Notes under the pieces: model-generated
Database searches by the model: none
What the model was told of the DNA's origin: nothing
What the model saw: only the letters and a program-made list of their open reading frames with translations
Assembly: GCA_963841435.1 (NCBI GenBank)
Contig: CAWJCS010000005.1
Location: forward strand, 672,001-736,000
DNA from: an uncultured delta proteobacterium
Lineage (GTDB): Bacteria > Myxococcota_A > Polyangia > Polyangiales > Polyangiaceae
Direction: 5' to 3'
Length of the DNA: 64,000 nt
In this document: positions 19,148 to 27,714 of the stretch, in pieces
Numbering within the stretch: the first letter of the stretch is position 1
Layout: the number at the start of each line of letters is the position of its first letter
Program-made: the position numbers and the translations under genes

Positions 19148-21855
19148 GGGGCGTCCGGCATCTTGATCCCGGTGACGACCTTCGGGTTCATGAGCTCGAA
19201 GTAGGCCTGCCGGGCGGCTTCGCCCACGGCGCCGGGCTCGTTGCGCAGCGCGAGCAAGACCCCCTGTTCCTTCATGAACTTCAGGGTGCGCAGGGCGCCC
19301 GCACGCTTGGTTTCGTCGCTGCCCTTCGCCATCTGCCAGAGCCGATAGCGCAAAACGACGCGCGTGAACGAGTGCGGGCCGTTGTCGTAAAGCAGGTTGT
19401 CGAACTGCTTCGTCAGCATCACGCGCGCCCACTCCTGCGGCGTCTGATTGATGCTCACGTGCGACATCGCCTCGGCATTGTCCACGTACTTGAACAAGAG
19501 GCCGGCCTCGAGGTCGTCGGTGGACCAGTAGCCGAAGGTCTTGTACCAGAGCTCGCCGAGCTCATCGAGCGCGGGCTTGGCGACGCTCAGCGGCTTGGTT
19601 CCATAGAAAGCAACGGCGCGAGCCGCCGTCTCGGGCGAGCCGCCGAGGATCAAGGCCAGCGCCGCATCGTTGATCAACACGTCGCTGTTCATCATTTCGA
19701 ACAGCTTCTGCTCGATGGTCGCGTCGAAGCCGCCCTTGGCGAGGGCGCGCGCCACCTGGTGCCGCGTTTCGATGGCGGCTTCTGGCGTGAACAGCGAGAG
19801 CAGCGCCGGCGCCGTGCCGGGCACGGGACGCTGGATCAGCGACTCGAGCAGACACTCGCGTCGGAACTCGTCGGGCTTCTCGTTGCCCTTGTACTCGTCG
19901 ATCTTCTTCGCAATCTCGAGAAAATCGTCCTTCTCGGCGACCCAGGCGAGCGCGGCACACGCGGCCTTCCGGCTCTGCTCGTTCTCCTTCGTGTCCTCGA
20001 TGTACTCGAGAAGCATTTTGAAGGCCTTGTTGTCGCGCCATTCGGAGAACCCGTCGGCGGCGCCGACGCCGATGGCGCGCAGCGACATGCCGAGGATTGC
20101 GAGGCCGCCCTGATAGAGGCCGTCCATCGTGACGTCGAGCTCGTCAGGCTTGGCGTGAATGGCCTTGTCGAGGCTCTTCCACGACTGCTTGTCCTTGAGC
20201 CACCCGACGTAACGCAGGGCGCTCTGCGCGATCACCCACTCCTCGGGCATCGGAGGCTGCTGACCTTCCTTGGGGAGCGGCTGGTCGGGATCCGCCCACT
20301 TGCGGAAGGCGTCGATGTCCTTGGTGGAGCCCATGGCGGCGAGCGCGCGCAGGCCGTTGGCGTGCGGCGACGGCAGCTCGTGGATCCAGAAAATGACCGC
20401 GTCCTCCGCCTGCTCCTGGATGAGCGGGAGCTTGTCGGGATGCAGGATCGCGAGGTCGGCGATCATGCGGGCCGCCATGACGCGCTCGTCGTCGGTGCGC
20501 TTGAGCCCCATCTCCCAGTCGTTCTGGTCGGAGTAGATCTTGAGCGGATCCATGCGCAGCCGCTTGGCGAGCGTCGGCACGGCGCGAATATCGCCGATGG
20601 CCGCCAGCGCGAGCGCTGCGTGCGTCTGCAGGTGAATGTGCGGGTTCGACTCGATGTACTTGTAGAGCGCGTCGGCGCCGCTCGGATCGTTCAGGCCCTG
20701 GCCCGGCTTGAAGGCGTCGGTCGCCTCGATCACGTGGATCATGTTGAGCAGCTGCTTCTTGAAGTACCAAGCAGCCTTGCCCGGCTGACGATTGTCGTCC
20801 GGCGGATCCTCGGTCGGCGCGGCCTGCAGCGCGACGACGAGACCCTGGGTCCCGATGCCGTCGCGGATGGCCTCGAAGTACTTGGTGCGGCTTTCCTTGT
20901 CGACGCCGCGCAGGGCCGACACGAGCGGCTCGGTGGCCCGCGCGTCGCCGATGCGGCCGAGGCCCGGCGCCGCCTGGCGCGCGACCTCGGCGTCCTTGTC
21001 CTGCACGAGCTTGATGAGCGTGTCCGTGTACTTGGGCTCGGCGTGATCGGAAAGCACGGTGGCCACGAGCTGGCGCACGGCCGCGCTCTCGTCGTTGGCC
21101 ATCGTCGCGAGCTTGTCGATACCGATGAGGTTCACGATCTTGTTGGGATCGAAGGCAATGCCGCCGCCGAGGCGCTGCACCTTCGCGAGGTGCCCGAGCC
21201 GATAGAGCTTCATGACCTCATCGAGCGCTCGCGTGTCACCCAAGACGACGAGCGCCCAGGCGATCTGAGGCCTGGCGCCTGGCCCCGCCTTGGCGAACGC
21301 CGCGAGCAAGCTGTCGCGCGCGCCGTCGGCCATGGGCCGCCCGTACTCGGCGAGCGCGACCGCGGCCATGCCCTGCACGGCCTCCGACGGATAAGCGAGC
21401 GCCGCCGCGGCGGCCGGGACCCCTTGGGGATCCCTTTCCCACGCGAGCTGTTTGAGCGCCTCGCAGCGCAGCTCGTCGCTCGACTCCTTCGTCGCCCACT
21501 CTCGCCACGCTGCAAGCTGCTCGGCCTTCGGCTTGACGAAGATGTCCTTCTTGATCGCCTCGCCTTGCTCGATGGTCAGCCGCTCGGCGTCTTTCTTCAT
21601 GCCGAAGAACAAGAAGCCGGCGAGGCCGAGCACCGCGAGCACGCCCACGGCGATCACAGCGGGATTGAAACGGCCCTTCTTGAAATCGCCGTCTCCGCCG
21701 CCGTAGCCGCCGAAACCGCCTCCGGCGGGAATGCCGGGACTCGGAGCGCCCGGGATGTCGTCGTCGGGCGGCCATTTCGACAGGTCAACCTTGGGCACGA
21801 GCGCGACAATCGGCGGCTTCGGGGGAGCAGCGTGAGGGATGTTGGGTTCGAGCAT
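19144..21855 (-). CDS. Membrane-anchored HEAT-repeat protein (~900 aa)
   Basis: Single TM helix (VIAVGVLAVLGLAGFLFF) followed by repeats such as VRQLVATVL, VARQAAPGLGRIGD and AALALAAIGD. Confidence 0.85.
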   Translation of the reverse strand: MLEPNIPHAAPPKPPIVALVPKVDLSKWPPDDDIPGAPSPGIPAGGGFGGYGGGDGDFKKGRFNPAVIAVGVLAVLGLAGFLFFGMKKDAERLTIEQGEAIKKDIFVKPKAEQLAAWREWATKESSDELRCEALKQLAWERDPQGVPAAAAALAYPSEAVQGMAAVALAEYGRPMADGARDSLLAAFAKAGPGARPQIAWALVVLGDTRALDEVMKLYRLGHLAKVQRLGGGIAFDPNKIVNLIGIDKLATMANDESAAVRQLVATVLSDHAEPKYTDTLIKLVQDKDAEVARQAAPGLGRIGDARATEPLVSALRGVDKESRTKYFEAIRDGIGTQGLVVALQAAPTEDPPDDNRQPGKAAWYFKKQLLNMIHVIEATDAFKPGQGLNDPSGADALYKYIESNPHIHLQTHAALALAAIGDIRAVPTLAKRLRMDPLKIYSDQNDWEMGLKRTDDERVMAARMIADLAILHPDKLPLIQEQAEDAVIFWIHELPSPHANGLRALAAMGSTKDIDAFRKWADPDQPLPKEGQQPPMPEEWVIAQSALRYVGWLKDKQSWKSLDKAIHAKPDELDVTMDGLYQGGLAILGMSLRAIGVGAADGFSEWRDNKAFKMLLEYIEDTKENEQSRKAACAALAWVAEKDDFLEIAKKIDEYKGNEKPDEFRRECLLESLIQRPVPGTAPALLSLFTPEAAIETRHQVARALAKGGFDATIEQKLFEMMNSDVLINDAALALILGGSPETAARAVAFYGTKPLSVAKPALDELGELWYKTFGYWSTDDLEAGLLFKYVDNAEAMSHVSINQTPQEWARVMLTKQFDNLLYDNGPHSFTRVVLRYRLWQMAKGSDETKRAGALRTLKFMKEQGVLLALRNEPGAVGEAARQAYFELMNPKVVTGIKMPDAP

Positions 21856-22122
21856 GAGTCCTCGGGCGTGGCGGTCCGGTGGCGCCGCGTACGCTGGCAC
21901 ACACGCCCCGGACGGGCGCAGGGCCGGAACCTTAGCCCAGGCTGCTTTGCGTGTGGAGCCCAGGTTTCTCGCTCTCGTGAGCGCTTTTCGCGCGCGTTCT
22001 CGGCTCCGTTCGCGATGGAAGTTTCTTCCAACCTCCACGCGGTCGCTCGGCGCGGTCGTGGCGCGGTCGGCCCCACAGCCGGCGTCGCTCGGCGTATTAG
22101 GCTCGGCGGGGCTCCCGACGGC

Positions 22123-22824
22123 ATGATGGTCTCCTCGAAGGCACTCGCGCCAATCGGCGTTGCGCTGCTCACGACCGTGGTCGTGACGGTCCTTTCCTAT
22201 GCGCTGCCCCCGGCTCATCAGGCGACGGGCGTCGGCCTCGCCTTCCTCGTCGTCACCTACGTCATGGTGCTGCGCCATGACGGCGATGCCGTGGCGCGCC
22301 ACGGGCTCGCGCTCGGCGGGCTCCTCGAGCCAGACCCAATCTCGCTGAAGCGGCTCTTGCGGGATGCCGTGCGCGCCGTGCTTTGGGCGCTCGCGCTCGC
22401 GCTGCTGATTTTCCCGCCTTTCTGGCTCGGGTGGCTTTGCTTCTGGCACCCGGAAGGCGGCTTCGCTCGCGCTTCGTTCCGCACGCTCGCCGCCGACGTG
22501 CCGGGTCAGCTGCTCGTCATCGCGCTGCCGGAAGAGGCGTTTTATCGAGGTTACCTGCAGAGCGCCCTCGACGAGGCGTTTCCCGCCCGGCTTCGCGTGC
22601 TCGGGGCGCCGCTCGGCGCCTCGCTGCTCGTCACGAGCGCCCTCTTCGCGCTCGGCCACCTGGCGACCGAGGTGGATCCGAATCGGCTCGCGGTATTCTT
22701 CCCCTCCCTGGCGTTCGGTTGGCTGCGCGCCCGCACGCGCGGCGTCGGGGCGTCAATCGTCTTTCACATGGCCTGCAACCTCTTCACGGCGTTTCTCGCC
22801 GCAAGCTACGGGTTCTCTTCATGA
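22123..22824 (+). CDS. CPBP/Abi glutamic-type intramembrane protease, myxosortase-like
   Basis: LPEEAFYRGYLQ, LFALGH, RLAVFFPSLAFGWLR, FHMACN. Confidence 0.85.
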   Translation: MMVSSKALAPIGVALLTTVVVTVLSYALPPAHQATGVGLAFLVVTYVMVLRHDGDAVARHGLALGGLLEPDPISLKRLLRDAVRAVLWALALALLIFPPFWLGWLCFWHPEGGFARASFRTLAADVPGQLLVIALPEEAFYRGYLQSALDEAFPARLRVLGAPLGASLLVTSALFALGHLATEVDPNRLAVFFPSLAFGWLRARTRGVGASIVFHMACNLFTAFLAASYGFSS

Positions 22825-23666
22825 CGTACGGAGCGCTGCTCGATGATGTCGTCAACCGCGCCCTCGCCGAGGATCTCGCGGCGGGCGACCCGACCACCGA
22901 GGCGGTCGTCGCCGACACCGCGCGCGCCGTCGGTCGCGCCGTCGCCAAGTCGTCGCTCGTGGTCGCGGGTGGCGACGTGTTCGCGCGCGTCTTCTACCGC
23001 GTGGACCCGGGGGTTCGCGTGGAGCGCTGCCTGCCCGACGGCGCTCGCGCCGCGCCGGGGGACGTGCTCTGGCTCGTGGAAGGGGCAACGCGCTCGCTGC
23101 TGTCCGCCGAACGCACGGCGCTGAACTTCGCGCAGCGGCTCACCGGCGTCGCCACCCTCACGGCGGAGTACGTGAGCCGGATCCCGGAGGGCACCTCGCT
23201 CCGCATCGCGGACACCCGCAAGACGACGCCGGGCTTGCGCGGGCTCGAGCGCGAAGCGGTGCGCGCGGGCGGCGGCAAGAACCATCGCAACAATCTCGGC
23301 GCCGCCGTGCTCATCAAGGACAACCACGTCGCGGCGGCCGGCGGAGTGCGACGCGCCGTGGAGCTGGCGCGGTCGCGCGTCTCACATACGGCGAGGCTCG
23401 AGGTCGAGGTGGAAACGCTCGCCCAGCTCGACGAGGCGCTCGCCGCGGGAGCGGACTGCATCCTGCTCGACAATTTCGCAAAGGGAGACGTGGCGGCAGC
23501 GGTAACGCGCGTTGGCGGGCGCGCGCTCGTCGAAGTTTCCGGCGGCGTCACGCTCGACCGCATCGCCGACCTGGCGCGCGCGGGCGTCAACGTCGTGAGC
23601 GTCGGTGCGCTCACGCACTCCGCCCCGGCAGCCGACATCTCGCTCGAGATCGAGCCGCTCGGTTGA
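22821..23666 (+). CDS. nadC: Quinolinate phosphoribosyltransferase
   Basis: AERTALNF, DTRKTTPG, LIKDNH, EVEV, ILLDN, EVSGG, VGALTHS. Confidence 0.97.
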   Translation: MTYGALLDDVVNRALAEDLAAGDPTTEAVVADTARAVGRAVAKSSLVVAGGDVFARVFYRVDPGVRVERCLPDGARAAPGDVLWLVEGATRSLLSAERTALNFAQRLTGVATLTAEYVSRIPEGTSLRIADTRKTTPGLRGLEREAVRAGGGKNHRNNLGAAVLIKDNHVAAAGGVRRAVELARSRVSHTARLEVEVETLAQLDEALAAGADCILLDNFAKGDVAAAVTRVGGRALVEVSGGVTLDRIADLARAGVNVVSVGALTHSAPAADISLEIEPLG

Positions 23667-24457
23667 CGGCGTTCGATGCTGCTCGCTTCCGCGCGCTGCT
23701 CGCCGCGCGTCACCCGGGTCTCGGCGAGCCGCTCGAGCACGTCACGCTCACCGACTCGACCAACGACGATGCCCTGCGCGCCGCCGCGAGCGGCGCCCCG
23801 GACGGGGCGCTGTTCGTCGCCGAGGCGCAGCGAGCAGGCCGCGGACGGCGTGGCAGCACCTGGCTCTCGGAACCCGGTGAGGGGTTGCTCGCCTCGCTGT
23901 TGCTGAGACGCACGCTCACCCCGGAGACGGCCGCGCTCTTGCCCCTCGCGGCCGGCGCGGCCGTGCGCGCCGCCGTCGCGCTCGCTCTCGCCCCGAGCGC
24001 GGCCGCGCGTTCGGTCGGGGTCAAGTGGCCGAACGACGTGCTCGTCGATGGTAGGAAACTCGCTGGAATTCTCGTCGAGAGTCGGCTGCGCGGCTCGGGC
24101 GAAGCCGCAGTCGTCGTCGGCCTGGGTCTCAACGTGGGACGGCTAAGCCTTCCGGACGAGGTCGCGGCTCGTTCAACGTCACTCGGGGCGCTCGGCGCGC
24201 TCGAAATCATGAAGGAAACGTTGTTGCATGCCATCCTGACCGAGATCGCGGCGCGCCTTTCGCTGCTCGCTCGGCCGACTGGCCCCGCTGCCCTGATTGA
24301 GGAAATCCGGCAGCACGACGCGCTCGAAGGAAAGCGCGTCCGGGTCGAAGGGCGCCAAGGGATCGCGTCGGGAATCGACATCGACGGGAGCCTGTTGATA
24401 AGAGACGAGCAGGGTGACCTCCACTCACTGCGTGCGGGCCACGTCGAGCTCGTGTGA
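23663..24457 (+). CDS. birA: Biotin--protein ligase (no HTH)
   Basis: DSTN, QRAGRGRRGSTW, KWPND, KLAGILVE. Confidence 0.95.
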   Translation: MTAFDAARFRALLAARHPGLGEPLEHVTLTDSTNDDALRAAASGAPDGALFVAEAQRAGRGRRGSTWLSEPGEGLLASLLLRRTLTPETAALLPLAAGAAVRAAVALALAPSAAARSVGVKWPNDVLVDGRKLAGILVESRLRGSGEAAVVVGLGLNVGRLSLPDEVAARSTSLGALGALEIMKETLLHAILTEIAARLSLLARPTGPAALIEEIRQHDALEGKRVRVEGRQGIASGIDIDGSLLIRDEQGDLHSLRAGHVELV

Positions 24458-24673
24458 AGGCGGAGTCGGCCGGAGGAGGCCGGCCCGAGCTGGGCCGGCG
24501 CGGGTGAGGTCCCGGCGCCCCACTTGACGAGAAGACCGAGCGGAGCAAGCAGGAGCGAACGAGAAGCGCGCGAAGCGTCATGACGGACGCCCCCCGAAGG
24601 CGACGCCTACCGGCATCTTCGCGGTGCGGCTTGCAGTCGATACGAAGACGAGGCATAAAAAGGAAAGCTAAGA

Positions 24674-24705
24674 CCCACGTCTCGGGGGCGTGGTTGGAGG
24701 CCAAC
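24674..24705 (+). promoter_or_regulatory. Structured 5' leader with the Shine-Dalgarno inside a hairpin
   Basis: CCACGTCT/GGGCGTGG stem followed by GTTGG-AGG-CCAAC (24693-24705), which contains GGAGG 8 nt before ATG 24709. Confidence 0.45.
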
Positions 24706-24708
24706 AGT

Positions 24709-25435
24709 ATGGCAACCGAAGAAACGGTGAGTGCGATCGCTAAGGCCCTAGGCGAAGCGGACGAAATTCCGCTCGCTCAGATTGCTGGTGTGGTTCAGGC
24801 GCTCGGGGAAGAGCAAGCTCGTACGCTGCTCACGGAAACTCTGGAGATCGAAGGCAAGGGCGGGATGATGCTGCCCGACGGCAGCCGCAAGCGCTCGCCG
24901 GGCGGGGTGTTCTTCTTCCTCTCGCGGCAACGCTTGAGTGTGGATGACAAGCACCGCATCTTCCGGGCGCCGAAGCCGGCGAAGCCTCCGTCTTCGTCCG
25001 CCCCTGAGACGAGCCCGTTCCCGCGCCGCCGCGTGATCGAGGTCGCGCCAGCACGGCCTGCGCCCGCAAGCCGGCCGCCTCGTCCGGGCTTCTTGCCGCC
25101 CGAGCTGCCCGTGGCCGTGAAGCGCGTGAAGGTGCGGGAGGCCATCCAACAGGCGCTCACGGCTCTACCGGCGGAAGATCAATACGGTCTGTTGCTCGAT
25201 TTCCTCGCCGACCTCCACGAGCGTCTCGGCTACCGCGTGCCGGAGTCTCAGCGGACGCCGTCCGTCTTCGAATCCGCCGACGCGTCCCGGCGCCGCCATG
25301 GGCGAGCCGCCGTCGTCGCAGCGTCCGATCCCCGTACCGGAGTCGGCCCGCATCTCGACGAGCGAGCCTCCCGTGAGCCAGGCGGCGCCGAGCGAGCGCA
25401 AGCGAGCCGCGGCCAGCCGCTCGAAGCGCAGCTGA
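24709..25435 (+). CDS. PHAX RNA-binding-domain protein; probable frameshift near 25261 (as sequenced the ORF ends at 25455)
   Basis: TLEIEGKGGMMLPDGSRKRSPGGVFFFL resembles the PHAX RBD signature; good SD; the alternative frame after 25261 has GC3-rich codons and repeats VPES(Q/A)R. Confidence 0.8.
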
Positions 25436-25451
25436 CGCCGCGCTTCGAGTG

Positions 25452-26135
25452 CTAGGCCGCCCGCCGGGCGGGCGTGACCTCGACGCGTTGCTCGGAGGTT
25501 GCGCGCCGTCGTGCGCGAACCTCGTCGTGCACCACGCGAGCCGCACGACGAGGCCGCGGAGCGGGCAAGCTCCCCGGCTCGTTCGGCGCGGCGTCTCCGG
25601 GCTCGCTGAGCCGGAGCGCGAGCTGTCGGCGCCCGCGGTGCAGCCGGCTCATGATCGTTCCCACGGGAACACCGAGCTCGCGAGCCGCATCGCGATACTC
25701 GAGCCCGCCGAGGTCGACGAGCTCCACCGCGCGCCGATAGCTCTCGGGCAAGTCACGGAGCGCACGGCGCACGGCGCGCCCCACGAGCGCGGCGGGCGGC
25801 GGCCCGTCGGCGTGAACCCAAGAACAGGGGTCGAAGGTGACGCGCTCGAGGGCACGATGCTCGCGCCGTAGCCGCCGGTAGCGGGAGACGAACAGGCTCG
25901 TCTGGATCTGCCGCAACCAGGCAAATAGGTTCGACCCCGGCTCGAAGCCGTGCGCGTAGACGAGCGCGCGCAAGACCGTATCCTGAACGAGATCGAGCGC
26001 ATCGCTCTCGCACGCGCAGAGACGACGCGCTCGCGCGCGGAGGCGCGGCAGCTCCGCTTCGATCGCGAGACGAGAGCTCGCGACGCTCGTCGGAACGGCA
26101 TCGGGAACCAGTACGGTGGTCGGCGTCGGGGTCAT
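25452..26135 (-). CDS. ECF sigma-70 factor
   Basis: DALDLVQDT, NLFAWL, LPESYR..V.L, YRDAARELGVPVGTIMSRLHRGR. Confidence 0.9.
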   Translation of the reverse strand: MTPTPTTVLVPDAVPTSVASSRLAIEAELPRLRARARRLCACESDALDLVQDTVLRALVYAHGFEPGSNLFAWLRQIQTSLFVSRYRRLRREHRALERVTFDPCSWVHADGPPPAALVGRAVRRALRDLPESYRRAVELVDLGGLEYRDAARELGVPVGTIMSRLHRGRRQLALRLSEPGDAAPNEPGSLPAPRPRRAARVVHDEVRARRRATSEQRVEVTPARRAA

Positions 26136-26148
26136 GCCTCGGTGCTCT

Positions 26149-26164
26149 CGCAAACCGCGTGCCA
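26149..26164 (-). promoter_or_regulatory. Sigma54 (-24/-12) promoter
   Basis: Minus strand TGGCACGCGGTTTGCG = TGGCACG-N4-TTGC with exact GG-N10-GC spacing, intergenic, immediately upstream of the ECF gene. Confidence 0.75.
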
Positions 26165-26365
26165 CGTCCGAAGCGCACGCTCCAGCGCGGATCCGGGCCG
26201 ATCTCTGCGGCTGGCGAGCCACCGTCGCGTGTCAAACTGGCAAGCGCGCGTTTCCCGCTGACAGCACGTCCAGCGCGCGAGGGCCCGCCGCCCTCGCGGG
26301 ACGATTCTCGAGCATCGTCGAGCACTCCGCTCGCGCCGCACGGCCGACCGCGCGGCAGCAACCGA

Positions 26366-27685
26366 TCAGAGCACGACCATGCGCCCGCTCATCGTGATGA
26401 ACGCGAGCAGGCCGAACAGCCCCGGGTAGTACCGGACGGAGCCCGGCGGCAGATTGAGGTCCCAGACCGCCTGCACGAAGTCAACGCGCTCCGCCCTCGT
26501 CGCCGGCACCGCCGCGATCCCGTTCGCGAAGATCAGGGCCAGCTCGCGCGACTCGAGGATCGGCGTGCCGTCGAGCTCGTAGCTCGTCCCGTATTTCGTC
26601 AATCCCTGGGAATAAAAGAAGCTGATCAGGAGATCGCTCTCGGCCGCGGCCCAAGCGCCCTCGTCGGTCCAGATCGCGTCGAGCGTCACGTTGAGGTGAG
26701 TCCGGTACGCTTCCGGTCCGAAGTAGCCCCAGCCCTCTTTCGAAACACCATCGAAGTAGGCGCGCACGGGCGTGAGCCCCGTGCGGGCGTGGGCGACGAG
26801 CTGGATGTAGGCGCGGCCCGCGTCCGCGGCGTCGAGCCAGAAGTCGTCGCCCGTCGCCTCCGCCCAGAGCTGGTAGTAGGCGGGCATCTCGATCGACGGG
26901 CGGGTGAAGATGGCGGCCTTGGCATTGGGCACGTCGAAGACGAGCTTCGTCTCGCCGTCGAAGGTGTTCGTGACACCATCGACGATGCCGCCGTTCCGAT
27001 CTTCCTTTTGACGCATGACGTCGAGCAGCTCGAGTGCGTCTGCTTCGTAGTCGATCGCGCCGTCGCTACCCCAGCGATCGTGCGCGAAGATCAGTGACAT
27101 CGTGAATTGCTGATAGCCGAACGGATCCACGCAGGCCGTCGTCGTCAACGGATCGAGCGTGTCGCACCAGGAGTCGAAGTAGCCGGCGTTCGCTCCCGAA
27201 GCGGCCATCACGGCCTTCGCGTAGCTCCAGAGCTTGTCGAACTCCTGCTGCTTGTCGAGCTCCACCGTGATGAGCATCCCCAAACCGACGCCCTCGGTGC
27301 GCACATCGCCGTGGTAGATGTCGCGGATCTCGGCCTGATCGGGATGGTCCGGATCCTCGTAGTAGATGGCGCGCGTGTCCGGATCGCCGTGGAAGAGCTG
27401 TTTGAAGGCGCCGTCGATCTTGTCGCTGATCTCCCGCTCGCTCTTGCCGAGCAGGTCGCGAAACACATTCGGGTAACTGCTCCTCGGGCTCAATGGCCTG
27501 AGGCTCGATTCGGTCGGGCCCCCATCGGATCCGCCCTCGCCGATCGCGTCGGGCCCCGTGTCAACGCCCGCGTCGAGCTGGTCGCACCCGAGCGAGTCCA
27601 CCGTGGTGGAGCAGCCGCCGAACGCCCCGACTGCCAGCACGCAGGCGGTTCCAGCCGCACGAAGGCACGAAAGGATTCCGGTCAT
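26366..27685 (-). CDS. GH8 lipoprotein, Rex (reducing-end xylose-releasing)/xylanase-like, divergent active site
   Basis: AFGG-C lipobox; YPNVF, DVRTEGVGLGM, EFDKLWSYAK, FTRPS..PAYY, TGLTP, RYY. Confidence 0.82.
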   Translation of the reverse strand: MTGILSCLRAAGTACVLAVGAFGGCSTTVDSLGCDQLDAGVDTGPDAIGEGGSDGGPTESSLRPLSPRSSYPNVFRDLLGKSEREISDKIDGAFKQLFHGDPDTRAIYYEDPDHPDQAEIRDIYHGDVRTEGVGLGMLITVELDKQQEFDKLWSYAKAVMAASGANAGYFDSWCDTLDPLTTTACVDPFGYQQFTMSLIFAHDRWGSDGAIDYEADALELLDVMRQKEDRNGGIVDGVTNTFDGETKLVFDVPNAKAAIFTRPSIEMPAYYQLWAEATGDDFWLDAADAGRAYIQLVAHARTGLTPVRAYFDGVSKEGWGYFGPEAYRTHLNVTLDAIWTDEGAWAAAESDLLISFFYSQGLTKYGTSYELDGTPILESRELALIFANGIAAVPATRAERVDFVQAVWDLNLPPGSVRYYPGLFGLLAFITMSGRMVVL

Positions 27686-27714
27686 CGCCGCCCGGGAACC
27701 CTGATGAACGGATG

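Noticed and set aside
18242-19432. Apparent lipoprotein-TatA fusion ORF
   Set aside because: Created by the 1-nt insertion near 18875; tatA has its own ATG at 18490
18640-22122. 1394-aa plus-strand ORF (18640-22824)
   Set aside because: Antisense shadow of the HEAT gene; only the last ~233 aa (from 22123) look like a real protein
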